From contig JBGAQA010000016.1 in NCBI GenBank assembly GCA_044220955.1, positions 1 through 64,000 of the forward strand: 64,000 bases of DNA. The letters are read 5' to 3'. A program made the translations under genes and the position numbers. Each line of letters opens with the position of its first letter. Within the stretch, counting starts at the first letter, position 1. Below the pieces are notes generated by a model. It saw only the letters and a list, made by a program, of their open reading frames with translations, made no database searches and had not been told where the DNA came from. The DNA comes from Sandaracinaceae bacterium. Its GTDB lineage: Bacteria; Myxococcota_A; Polyangia; Polyangiales; Sandaracinaceae. Below, one piece after another: positions 49,281 to 57,719 of this stretch.

Positions 49281-49980
49281 CGAACGCCGCGAGCTCGGTC
49301 GACACGACCGGCGTCGCGACGTGACCGCCGTCGAAGGTGGTGAAGCGGACGTCGAGCGCGTGCGCGCGCATGACCTCGACGAGGTGCGCATCGCCCTCGT
49401 ACGCGAGCACCGTGTCGCGGGTGCCGTGGGCGACGTAGACGGGGAGCCCGCGGCGCGCGTCGAGCCGGGCCGTGGTGGCCTCCTCGTCGATCATCGTCCC
49501 GCTCAGCAGCACCAGGCCGGCGAGCGGGCGCGGATCGCGGAGCGCGAGGTCGAGCGACACCATGGCGCCCTGGGAGAAGCCGCCGAGGATCAGCGCGCGC
49601 CCCGGGTGGGCACGGCTCAGCTCGTCGAGGAGCGCGGTCACCCGCTCGCGCGCCTGCACGGCGCCGGGCATGCGGTCGCTGCCGAGCGAGCCGAGAGGGT
49701 GCGGCAGCGCGAACCACATCGTGCCGTGGCCCTCGTGGCCGGGGATCCTCAGGGGCGCGCGTGGCAGCACGAGCAGCGTCCCGCGGGGCAGATCGCCGCG
49801 GTCGGCGAGCCCGAGGAAGTGCTCCGGCGCGGAGCCGTAGCCGTGCAGCATCACCACGATCGGCCCCTCGCCCCGCCCGATCGTGCGCTCGAGCGTCTCG
49901 AGCGGCGCCGCCGCCACCGCCTGCGCGCACCCCGACGCGACGAGCGCGAGGACGAGCGGGAGCACGCAGCGGAGCTTCAC
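49255..49980 (-). CDS. Phospholipase/carboxylesterase (alpha/beta hydrolase), lipoprotein
   Basis: ASGC lipobox, LHGYG, GFSQG, HGTRD, GGH. Confidence 0.88.
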   Translation of the reverse strand: MKLRCVLPLVLALVASGCAQAVAAAPLETLERTIGRGEGPIVVMLHGYGSAPEHFLGLADRGDLPRGTLLVLPRAPLRIPGHEGHGTMWFALPHPLGSLGSDRMPGAVQARERVTALLDELSRAHPGRALILGGFSQGAMVSLDLALRDPRPLAGLVLLSGTMIDEEATTARLDARRGLPVYVAHGTRDTVLAYEGDAHLVEVMRAHALDVRFTTFDGGHVATPVVSTELAAFVTRCASAR

Positions 49981-50062
49981 CGATGGAGTGTACGCCTCGC
50001 CGCGCGCCGCGCCGCTCGACCCGGTCGATCGGTGCGGCGGGAGTGTTCGCTCGCGCCCGTCC

Positions 50063-51310
50063 TCAGCTCTTGCCCGAGAGCAGGGCGCGCGCGATCTGCG
50101 AGATCTGGATCTCGTCGGTGCCGCCGTAGATCTGGAGCACCTTGCAGTCGCGGCAGAGCTGCTCGACGCGGTACTCGGCCATGTAGCCGTTGCCGCCGAA
50201 GAGCTGCACGGCCTCGAGGCAGACGTCCATCGCCGCCTGTGCCGAGTAGAGCTTGCAGGCGCTGGCCTCGGCGAGCGAGAGGCCCTTGCCCCAGCCGGCG
50301 AGCTCGATCTGCTTGAAGAGCAGGTTCTGGATGTTCATGCGCGCGACCTCCATCTTCGCGAGCTTCAGCTGCACGAGCTGGAACTCGCCGATGGGCTTGC
50401 CGAACTGCACGCGCATCCCCGCGTACTGCGTGCAGAGCTCGAGGCATCGCTCGACGATGCCGAGGGCCATCGCGACGACGCCCGAGCGCTCCGAGCCGAA
50501 GGTCTCCTTCGCGTCGCCACGCGCGCTCGCGTCCTCGCTCTCGCCGATGAGGCGGTCGCGCGGCACGCGCACGTTCTCGAGGAAGAGCTCGCCCGTGGGT
50601 GAGCCGTGCAGGCCCATCTTGCGCAGCGGCTTGCTCTGCACCAGGCCGGGCGTGCCCTTGTCGAGGATGAACGAGACGACCTTGCGCTGCTCGGGCGCCG
50701 TGACGCCGTCGTCGAGGCGGCAGATGAACACGATCGTGTCGGCGTAGGGGCCGTTCGTGATGAACGTCTTCTGGCCGTTGAGCAGGTAGTGGTCGCCGTC
50801 GCGCCGCGCGGTGGACTTCATCGAGCCGAACGCGTCGCTGCCGGAGCCGGGCTCGGTGATGGCCCAGGCGCCGATCTTGTCGAGCGTGAGCAGCGCCGGA
50901 ACGAACTTCTCCTTCTGGGCGATCGTGCCCTTGCGCTGGATCGCGCCGGCGGTGAGGCCGACGCTCACGCCGAGCGCCGTGATCATGCCGGGCGAGTACT
51001 TCGAGAGCTCGATCGTCGGGATCGCGCGCATCGCCGCCGCGTCGGCGGCCTCCTGCGAGAAGCCCTCGCGCTTCTTCTTCTCGGGCGGAGGCTCGCCCGT
51101 CTCGGCGCGCTTCTTCTCCTTGGCGAGGTCCGACTCGAACTTGGCCTTCGCCATCTCGCCCGCGCCGAAGGTCGCGAACATCTTGCGAAGGACCTCGTAA
51201 GGCGGTGTGTCCCCGAGCTCGATGTCGTCGATCCTCGGCGCGACCTCCGCCTGGACGAAGCGCTGGAACATCTCGCGGATCTGCAGGTGTGTCTCGTTCC
51301 ACTCGATCAT
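50063..51310 (-). CDS. Acyl-CoA dehydrogenase
   Basis: AITEPGSGSD, GQKTFITNG, KMG, RVQFGKPI, QLFGGNGY, IYGGTDEIQ. Confidence 0.95.
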   Translation of the reverse strand: MIEWNETHLQIREMFQRFVQAEVAPRIDDIELGDTPPYEVLRKMFATFGAGEMAKAKFESDLAKEKKRAETGEPPPEKKKREGFSQEAADAAAMRAIPTIELSKYSPGMITALGVSVGLTAGAIQRKGTIAQKEKFVPALLTLDKIGAWAITEPGSGSDAFGSMKSTARRDGDHYLLNGQKTFITNGPYADTIVFICRLDDGVTAPEQRKVVSFILDKGTPGLVQSKPLRKMGLHGSPTGELFLENVRVPRDRLIGESEDASARGDAKETFGSERSGVVAMALGIVERCLELCTQYAGMRVQFGKPIGEFQLVQLKLAKMEVARMNIQNLLFKQIELAGWGKGLSLAEASACKLYSAQAAMDVCLEAVQLFGGNGYMAEYRVEQLCRDCKVLQIYGGTDEIQISQIARALLSGKS

Positions 51311-51372
51311 GGGGGGAGACGGTACCGGATCGCGCGCTTGCTCGATACGCGCGAGGTGGCGAGCATGGGAGG

Positions 51373-51867
51373 ATGATCACGATCCGCCCCGCGAGGCCCG
51401 ATGACGCCCCCACGCTGCTCGCGCTGGTCCGAGCGCTCGCCGCGTACGAGCGGGCGCCCGACGCGGTCGTCGCGACGGAGGCGGACTTCGCGCGGGGGCT
51501 CGGCACGGAGATGGACGCGCTCGTCGCCGAAGAGGAGGGCGCGGCCCTCGGCTTCGCGCTCTTCTTCTCCACGTGGAGCACGTGGCGGGGGCGACCGGGG
51601 GTCCACCTCGAGGATCTCTTCGTCGTCCCGGAGGCGCGCGGACGCGGCGTCGGCGCGGCGCTGCTCTCGGCCGTCGCCGCCGAGGCCGTGCGCCGCGGCT
51701 GCGCGCGCCTCGAGTGGCAGGTGCTCGACTGGAACGAGCCCGCGCTGGCGTTCTACCGGTCGCTCGGCGCCGCGTCGCTCGACGAGTGGGTGCCGATGCG
51801 CGTCGACGGCGAGGCGCTCGCGGCGCTGGCGAAGCGGCACGAGGGCCGCGTGCAGTCCGATCGCTGA
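51373..51867 (+). CDS. GNAT acetyltransferase (diamine N-acetyltransferase-like)
   Basis: LEDLFVVPEARGRGVG, WQVLDWNEPALAFY. Confidence 0.9.
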   Translation: MITIRPARPDDAPTLLALVRALAAYERAPDAVVATEADFARGLGTEMDALVAEEEGAALGFALFFSTWSTWRGRPGVHLEDLFVVPEARGRGVGAALLSAVAAEAVRRGCARLEWQVLDWNEPALAFYRSLGAASLDEWVPMRVDGEALAALAKRHEGRVQSDR

Positions 51868-51969
51868 TCGCCGCCCGAAATTGCATCGGCTCGCCTCTTC
51901 GGCCCCTACCGTCCGCGGGCTGCGCCCGCTCCCGTCCGGGACCTCCGCGGCGAGCACTCCTCTCGGCGA

Positions 51970-52488
51970 TCAGGCCCCGTTGATCGTGACCTTGATCATC
52001 TTCACGGGGGTGACCGGGCGGTCCCCGCCGTCCGTCTTCGTGTTCTCGATCTTCGTCACGACGTCCATGCCCGAGATCACCTTGCCGAAGACGGGGTGCT
52101 TCGACTGACCGGGCGTGAAGAAGTCGAGGAAGGCGTTGTGCTTGGTGTTGATGAAGAACTGCGAGCTGCCGCTGTTCGGCGCGCCGGTGTTCGCCATCGA
52201 GAGGGTGCCGGGCTCGTTCGAGATCTTCGCGTTCGCCGGGTGCTCGTCCTGGATGCAGCCGTCCGGGCCGTTGCCGGTGCCCGCGCGCGGGCTCTTCGGG
52301 TCGCGGCTGTGAGGGCAGCCGAACTGGCACATGAAGCCCGAGATCACCCGGTGGAAGTGCAGGCCGTCGTAGAAGCCGCTCTTGGCGAGCTTCACGAAGT
52401 TGCCCGCCGTGATGGGCATCTTGTCGGTGAAGAGCTCGACGGTGAAGGAGCCGAGGGAGGTCTCACAGGTCGCGGTGGGGTTCGCCAT
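51970..52488 (-). CDS. Cyclophilin-type peptidyl-prolyl isomerase
   Basis: [37 protein letters not shown]. Confidence 0.95.
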   Translation of the reverse strand: MANPTATCETSLGSFTVELFTDKMPITAGNFVKLAKSGFYDGLHFHRVISGFMCQFGCPHSRDPKSPRAGTGNGPDGCIQDEHPANAKISNEPGTLSMANTGAPNSGSSQFFINTKHNAFLDFFTPGQSKHPVFGKVISGMDVVTKIENTKTDGGDRPVTPVKMIKVTINGA

Positions 52489-52867
52489 GAGGCGCGTTGG
52501 TAGCAGGCGACCGGCCGCACGGGAAGGGCGATCGAAGCGCCGGACACCAGCGTCCGGAGGTCCAGATGGGGTCGCGGGCTCTTCTTGCCGCCGGCCCCAA
52601 CGTCGGGTCATGACGCCGCCCGCGATCGCGGTCGGTCTCGGGCTCCGCCGCTCGGGCCACGCGTTCGCGATCGCAGGGTCGGTCGCGCCGTTCCTCGCCG
52701 CGCCCGCGCTCGGTGCCGCCGTCGCGCGCGACCGGCGTGCGTGATGGTGCGTGTCGTCTCGGCGGAGGCCGCGCGCGAGCCAGCCGATCGAGGCCGACGT
52801 CCAGGCCGGTTGTAACTCCGGCGCGGGGCACCCGTCGTGCTCGCGCTGAGCTACCTTGCCGCCGGGG

Positions 52868-55237
52868 ATGGTCAACGCGGCGCCGTCTGTTCCGCCTGCT
52901 CCGGCGAGCACGATGATCGTGCTCGTCGCGCGCGATCTGGCGGCTGCCGACGCGCTGATGACCGCGCTCGAGGAGCGCGGGGCCACGGTGGAGCTGACGA
53001 GCACGAGAGAGGTCGCGCGCACGGCGCGGGCGGTGGCGCCCGACGTCGTCGCGGTGCTGGACGAGCAGGGCGCGGAGGTGCGCGCGGCCCTCGCGCGCGA
53101 CCCGCTCGTGTGTACGGTCCCGGTCGACGACACACCCGCCTCGGACGCCGGGCTGCACGCGGCCGCGCTGGTCGAGCTGGCGTCACGTGGGCCGGAGCGG
53201 GCAGGGCTGGGCCTCGCGCCCGCGGGAGACACGCTCGGCGCGCGCATCGGGCACGCGCTGGCGCCGCACGCGTCCGGGGTCTTCTCGGTGCGCGACTCCT
53301 CCCGCGCGGGCGGCGTCGCGGTGCTGCCCTCCCCGCGGCAAGACGCGCTCTCCGCGCTGCTCGAGCGCATGCGCCCGCTGGCGGCGCGCGGTGAGCGCGT
53401 GACGGTGTCGTTCCTCGAGACGACGGGCGGCAAGCTCCACTCGCTGCCGCCGGCCGCGCCGGTCGCGCGGGGCATGCCCGACGGAACGCGCATCGTCCTT
53501 CTCTCTCTCTCGGGCGCGAACAACGACCCGCTCGTCGAGCGCCTCGCGCTCGCCGGCGCCGAGGTCGTCGCGGTCGAGGCGGGGGGCACCGGCGTCGGTC
53601 GGGCGCGCGCGCTCGCGCCCGACGTGATCCTCGCCGACGAGGACGTGCTCGACGACCCGGAGGCGCCGGCGCTGACGGCGCTGCTGAGTGACCCGCGGCT
53701 CTCCTGGTCGACGGTCGTCGCGCTCCCACACACGCTGCTCGCGGGGACGGTCGACGCGCGGGCGCTCGCGCGCATCGAGGCAGCGGTCCACGACGCCGTC
53801 GCCGCGGACCACGAGATCACGCGCCTCGCCGAGCGGCGCGACGCGTTCCACGTGCGCCTCGATGCGACCGGTCCGCTCCGGCTCCTGCGCGCGCTCGCGC
53901 GCGCGCGGACGCATCTGCGCGCGAGCGTGACGGCCGAGGCGATCCAGGTGGACGTCGAGCTCGACGACGGGCTGGTCGTCGGAGCGCAGGCGCGGGGCGC
54001 CGCGGGCGAGGTCGCGCAAGGCCATGCCGCGCTCGCGACGCTGTTCACCCTCCCTTCCGGGCGCGTCCGCGTCGCACCCTGGAGCGGCACGCGCTCCATC
54101 GACGTCATGGCGCCGGTCGAGGACGCGGTGCGCGTGGCGATGCGCGAGCGCCCGCGCATCCGCTCGTCCTGGCGGCCGCGCACCTCGGACCGTCCGGCGG
54201 TCGTCGCTCCCGCGAGCGAGGTGGTCGCGCAGCTGGAGGCGCGCCTGTCGAGCCGGCCCGACCCACCGCCGCCGCCGACCTCCGAGCCGGTGTTCGCCGG
54301 GCCCACGCCGAGGCCGCGCGAGCGTCGGTCGAGCCCGACACCGGCCACCGTCGAGCACCGCTCCGTCGACCGGGACTCCTCGCCCCCGCAGCCGGCGTTC
54401 TTCTCCACCGCTTCGTCGCCGCGGCCTCCGAAGCCGGTCGACGATCCGAGCGCGCCGCTCGACGTCGCGGCGCTCGAGGCCTCCGCGCTCGAGGCCCCCG
54501 CGCTCGAGGCCTCCGCGCTCGAGGCCTCCGCGCCGTCGACGCAGGCCGCGGCTCCCTCGCTCGCCGATCGGCTCGAGCCCGCCGCGCCGTCTGCCGTGTC
54601 GTCGCCGCGGCCGCGGGCCTCGTCGTCGCGGGCCTGGGCGTACGTGGCCATCCTCGCGGGGCTCGCGCTCCTGGTCCCCGTCGCGCTCCGGCTCCGCTCG
54701 CCGCCCCCGCCCTCGAGCGCAGCGATCGACGCTCGCTCGCTCGAGGCCGCCTTCGAGCGCGCCGAGGCGGAGGCCGAAGTGTATGCGCCCGCGGCCGCGG
54801 CGCGCGCGGCCGAGCGCGCGCTCCAGGCCGCGCCGCCCGCGACGACCGATACCGCGTCGGCCGCGCCCCGTCCGGCGCTCGACGCCGCGACCCTCGAGGG
54901 GATGATCACGCGCGGCAACTTCGCCCGGCACCGCGGCGCGCTCGATCTCGCGGCGCGCTACTACGGCGACGTCGTCGCCGCCGACCCGGCCAATGGCCGC
55001 GCGCTCGCGGGCCTGGCCCGCGTGCACCAGCTGCGCGGTGACCTGCCGGAGGCCACGCGCTGGGCGCGCGTGCTGCTGGACGCGCACCCCGATCATCCGG
55101 CGAACTACGTGCTGCTCGCGGACCTGCTCATCGCGGCGGGCGACACGCTGGGCGCGCGCGCGATCCTCGAGGACGTCACGCGTCGCTATCCTCGCAACGA
55201 GGCGGCGAGGGCGCGCCTCGACTCGCTCGATCGCTGA
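52868..55237 (+). CDS. Hypothetical protein: degenerate receiver-like/DUF4388-like regions, Pro/Ser linker, TM, C-terminal TPR
   Basis: Long GC3-rich ORF; APDVV/APDVIL receiver-like segments; TPR-like [13 protein letters not shown]. Confidence 0.55.
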   Translation: MVNAAPSVPPAPASTMIVLVARDLAAADALMTALEERGATVELTSTREVARTARAVAPDVVAVLDEQGAEVRAALARDPLVCTVPVDDTPASDAGLHAAALVELASRGPERAGLGLAPAGDTLGARIGHALAPHASGVFSVRDSSRAGGVAVLPSPRQDALSALLERMRPLAARGERVTVSFLETTGGKLHSLPPAAPVARGMPDGTRIVLLSLSGANNDPLVERLALAGAEVVAVEAGGTGVGRARALAPDVILADEDVLDDPEAPALTALLSDPRLSWSTVVALPHTLLAGTVDARALARIEAAVHDAVAADHEITRLAERRDAFHVRLDATGPLRLLRALARARTHLRASVTAEAIQVDVELDDGLVVGAQARGAAGEVAQGHAALATLFTLPSGRVRVAPWSGTRSIDVMAPVEDAVRVAMRERPRIRSSWRPRTSDRPAVVAPASEVVAQLEARLSSRPDPPPPPTSEPVFAGPTPRPRERRSSPTPATVEHRSVDRDSSPPQPAFFSTASSPRPPKPVDDPSAPLDVAALEASALEAPALEASALEASAPSTQAAAPSLADRLEPAAPSAVSSPRPRASSSRAWAYVAILAGLALLVPVALRLRSPPPPSSAAIDARSLEAAFERAEAEAEVYAPAAAARAAERALQAAPPATTDTASAAPRPALDAATLEGMITRGNFARHRGALDLAARYYGDVVAADPANGRALAGLARVHQLRGDLPEATRWARVLLDAHPDHPANYVLLADLLIAAGDTLGARAILEDVTRRYPRNEAARARLDSLDR
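54470..54529 (+). repeat. 15-bp tandem repeat x4 ([10 protein letters not shown])
   Basis: GCGCTCGAGGCC(T/C)CC x4, in frame. Confidence 0.9.
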
Positions 55238-55277
55238 CGCGCCTGGCAGCGGAGCCCACGGGGCGTAGATTCGGCCT

Positions 55278-55730
55278 ATGACCGCGTCGTTCGACGTCAA
55301 GCGCATCCTCTGTCCGACCGACTTCTCGCCCGCGTCCGAGGGCGCCATCCGCGCCGCCGAGACGGTCGCGGAGCGCTTCGGCGCGCGCCTCGAGCTCCTG
55401 CACGTCTGGTCGCCCCCGGTGATGGTCGCCCTCGACGCGGCCGTCCTCCCCTCGCCCGCCGAGATCGTGCAGCTCACGGCGGGCCTCGAGCAGGCGCTCG
55501 CGGGGGCCAGCAAGAAGCTCTCGCTGCCCGCCGATCGCGTCGATCGACACCTCGTGCAGGGCGTGGCGTGGCGCGAGGTCACCGAGTTCGCGAGCGCGAA
55601 GGGCTTCGATCTGATCGTGATGAGCTCGCACGGTCGCTCGGGCATCGCGCACTTCGTGATGGGGAGCGTGACCGAGCGGGTGGTGCGTACGTCCAAGGTG
55701 CCGGTGCTCGTCGTGCCCGCCGTCGGCTGA
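55278..55730 (+). CDS. Universal stress protein
   Basis: ILCPTDFS, DLIVMSSHGRSG...MGSVTERVVR. Confidence 0.93.
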   Translation: MTASFDVKRILCPTDFSPASEGAIRAAETVAERFGARLELLHVWSPPVMVALDAAVLPSPAEIVQLTAGLEQALAGASKKLSLPADRVDRHLVQGVAWREVTEFASAKGFDLIVMSSHGRSGIAHFVMGSVTERVVRTSKVPVLVVPAVG

Positions 55731-55880
55731 GCCGTCAGGCCGGCGGGACGCCCAGCTCCGCGCGGACCTCGTCGACCCGCGGGCCGCCGTGATCTCTCGC
55801 CGCTCCGTGGAAGGGTGACGCTCGACGTCCGGCGCGCAGGACGCGGGTGTCCGGCGATCCGACGCCGCGGAGCGGGGGCC

Positions 55881-56678
55881 TCAGCGCTCGGGAGCGAGCA
55901 CCGCGTCGTCGAGCTCGACCTCGATGGGCGCGTGGTCGCTGCCGAGGACGGCCGCGTGGATGCGCGCGCCCCGCAGGAACGGCGCTGCGCCGGGCGAGAC
56001 GAGCGCGAGGTCGATCCGCCAGCCGACGTTCTTCTCGCGGACGCCGTAGCGCTGGCTCCACCACGAGTAGCGTAGAGGAGCGGGGTCGAACACGCGAAGC
56101 GAGTCCACCCAGCCGCGCGCGAGCCAGCGCAGGAGCTCCTTGCGCTCGTTCGGCAGGAACCCGCTCGTCTTCTCGTTCTCCTTCGGACGCGCGAGGTCGA
56201 TCGGATAGGGCGCGGTGTTGAAGTCGCCCATCACGACGATCCGCTCGCCCCGCGCGAGCCCGTCCTCCAGCTTGTGGAACAGGGCACGGTAGAAGCGCAG
56301 CTTGTAGGGCACGCGGGAGTTGTCGCGGTCCTTGCCGCTCCCGTTCGGGAAGTACCCGTTCACGAGGGTGAGCGCGCCGACGCGCACGATCTGAAGGCGC
56401 CCCTCGACGTCGAAGCTGCGCGCGCCGAGCGAGCTCTCGGCGTGGTCGAGCGGCCGGTTCGAGTACACGGCGACGCCGCTGTACCCGGGCCGCTCCGCGT
56501 GGACGAAGTGGGTGTGCGGGTGGCTCTTCGGCGCTCGCATCCTCGGCGAGAGCTGCTCGGGTCGCGCCCGGGTCTCCTGCACCCCGATCAGATCGGGGCG
56601 GGCCTTCGCGAGGAAGCGGGTCCAGCCCTTCTTCTCGATCGAGCGGAGCCCGTTCACGTTCCACGAGATGATTCGCAC
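55881..56678 (-). CDS. xth: Exodeoxyribonuclease III / AP endonuclease
   Basis: SWNVNGLRS, QETR, GYSGVA, YFPNG, GDFNTA, GWRID, SDHAP. Confidence 0.93.
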   Translation of the reverse strand: MRIISWNVNGLRSIEKKGWTRFLAKARPDLIGVQETRARPEQLSPRMRAPKSHPHTHFVHAERPGYSGVAVYSNRPLDHAESSLGARSFDVEGRLQIVRVGALTLVNGYFPNGSGKDRDNSRVPYKLRFYRALFHKLEDGLARGERIVVMGDFNTAPYPIDLARPKENEKTSGFLPNERKELLRWLARGWVDSLRVFDPAPLRYSWWSQRYGVREKNVGWRIDLALVSPGAAPFLRGARIHAAVLGSDHAPIEVELDDAVLAPER

Positions 56679-56747
56679 CGACGGATCCTAGCGCGGGCGA
56701 GCCGACGACTCTTCTCCACGGCACGCGGGGCGTCGTACCGTGTGGCG

Positions 56748-57254
56748 ATGGCGCTCCTGGCTCCGTTCCCCGTCCAGTGGTCGATCGTCGGCGAGGTCGC
56801 AGTGTTCGACGGTCGGCTCGACGCGATCGGCGAGGCCGGCGCGAGGCTCGAGGCCGACGTCGTCGCCGCGCCGGGCGACGAGCTGCGCATCGACATCCGG
56901 CAGGACGACGGGAGCGAGGTCGCGATCGGGCTCGTACGCGTCGAGTCGGCCGATCCGATCACCGGGATGGAGGTCGCCTTCGTCGCCCTCGGGATCGATC
57001 TCGAGCTGCTGTCGATGCTCGCCGGGGCGACACGCCGCGCGAAGGACTCGGTGGTGCCCAAGATGCCGCCGCTCCCGGGCGCCGGTGATCCCGGTGACGC
57101 CGGGCGTCTACGAGACCGGTGGCGTCACGCTGCGCCTCGATCGCGCGCGAAGCGCGTCCACGGAAAAGCGAAGGGCGACCAGGCCTCTCGGCGGTCGCCC
57201 TTCCAGCGGGTGTCACCCCGCTGCGGTCAAGCGGTGGGAGGGGTCAGGTGGTAA
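56748..57254 (+). CDS. Hypothetical protein (PilZ-like N-terminal half; 3' end uncertain)
   Basis: DAIGEAGARL...VRV...GMEVAF resembles a PilZ beta-barrel; TACCGT 6 nt upstream of the ATG. Confidence 0.45.
   Translation: MALLAPFPVQWSIVGEVAVFDGRLDAIGEAGARLEADVVAAPGDELRIDIRQDDGSEVAIGLVRVESADPITGMEVAFVALGIDLELLSMLAGATRRAKDSVVPKMPPLPGAGDPGDAGRLRDRWRHAAPRSRAKRVHGKAKGDQASRRSPFQRVSPRCGQAVGGVRW
57164..57203 (-). terminator. Intrinsic terminator on the minus strand
   Basis: 11-bp stem GAAGGGCGACC/GGTCGCCCTTC followed by GCTTTT on the minus strand. Confidence 0.65.
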
Positions 57255-57330
57255 CGACCTCCGTATCGAAGACCTTCGAATCACCCTGACGACGTTCGGT
57301 ACAGTTCACTGTCACGATCCTCCCCCGGCC
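57164..57330 (-). ncRNA. Candidate structured sRNA or 21-aa micropeptide transcript (5' end unknown)
   Basis: Tandem hairpins plus terminator with no annotated minus-strand gene; GGGGGAGG SD before a short ORF at 57244-57309. Confidence 0.4.
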
Positions 57331-57719
57331 ATGCCGGCGTCTCCGGGCTTCTGGCTCTGTGGGCGAAGGATGACTCCTCCGCACACGGCCAGGCTCGCGT
57401 CGAGACGTTCCTGGGTGCGGGGCGCACCATTGCGCCACGCGGTTGAGACACGGCTCGATCCGTCCTTCGTGCGCGACGCGCGGCACCCTCTTTTCAGGGA
57501 GGGGACCTGCGGCGTGAAGAATCCACCATTCGCGTAGCGAATCGCGGTTTCGCACCATTGCGGGGTCGGGCCCATCCGCCGTGTCAGTCCGGACCAAAGC
57601 CCGGACTCCTCGGATCATACGGACGCACACACCAAAGTAAAGATCCGTGCGAGAAGAACGCACCCGCCTGGAACTGGAAGGACGGCCGGGGCGTTCGGCA
57701 TGATCGCCTCGCAGCGCAC

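Noticed and set aside
52610..52744. Short hydrophobic ORF (MTPPAIAVG...) in the cyclophilin intergenic region
   Set aside because: No SD, motif or other support; may be chance or a gene remnant
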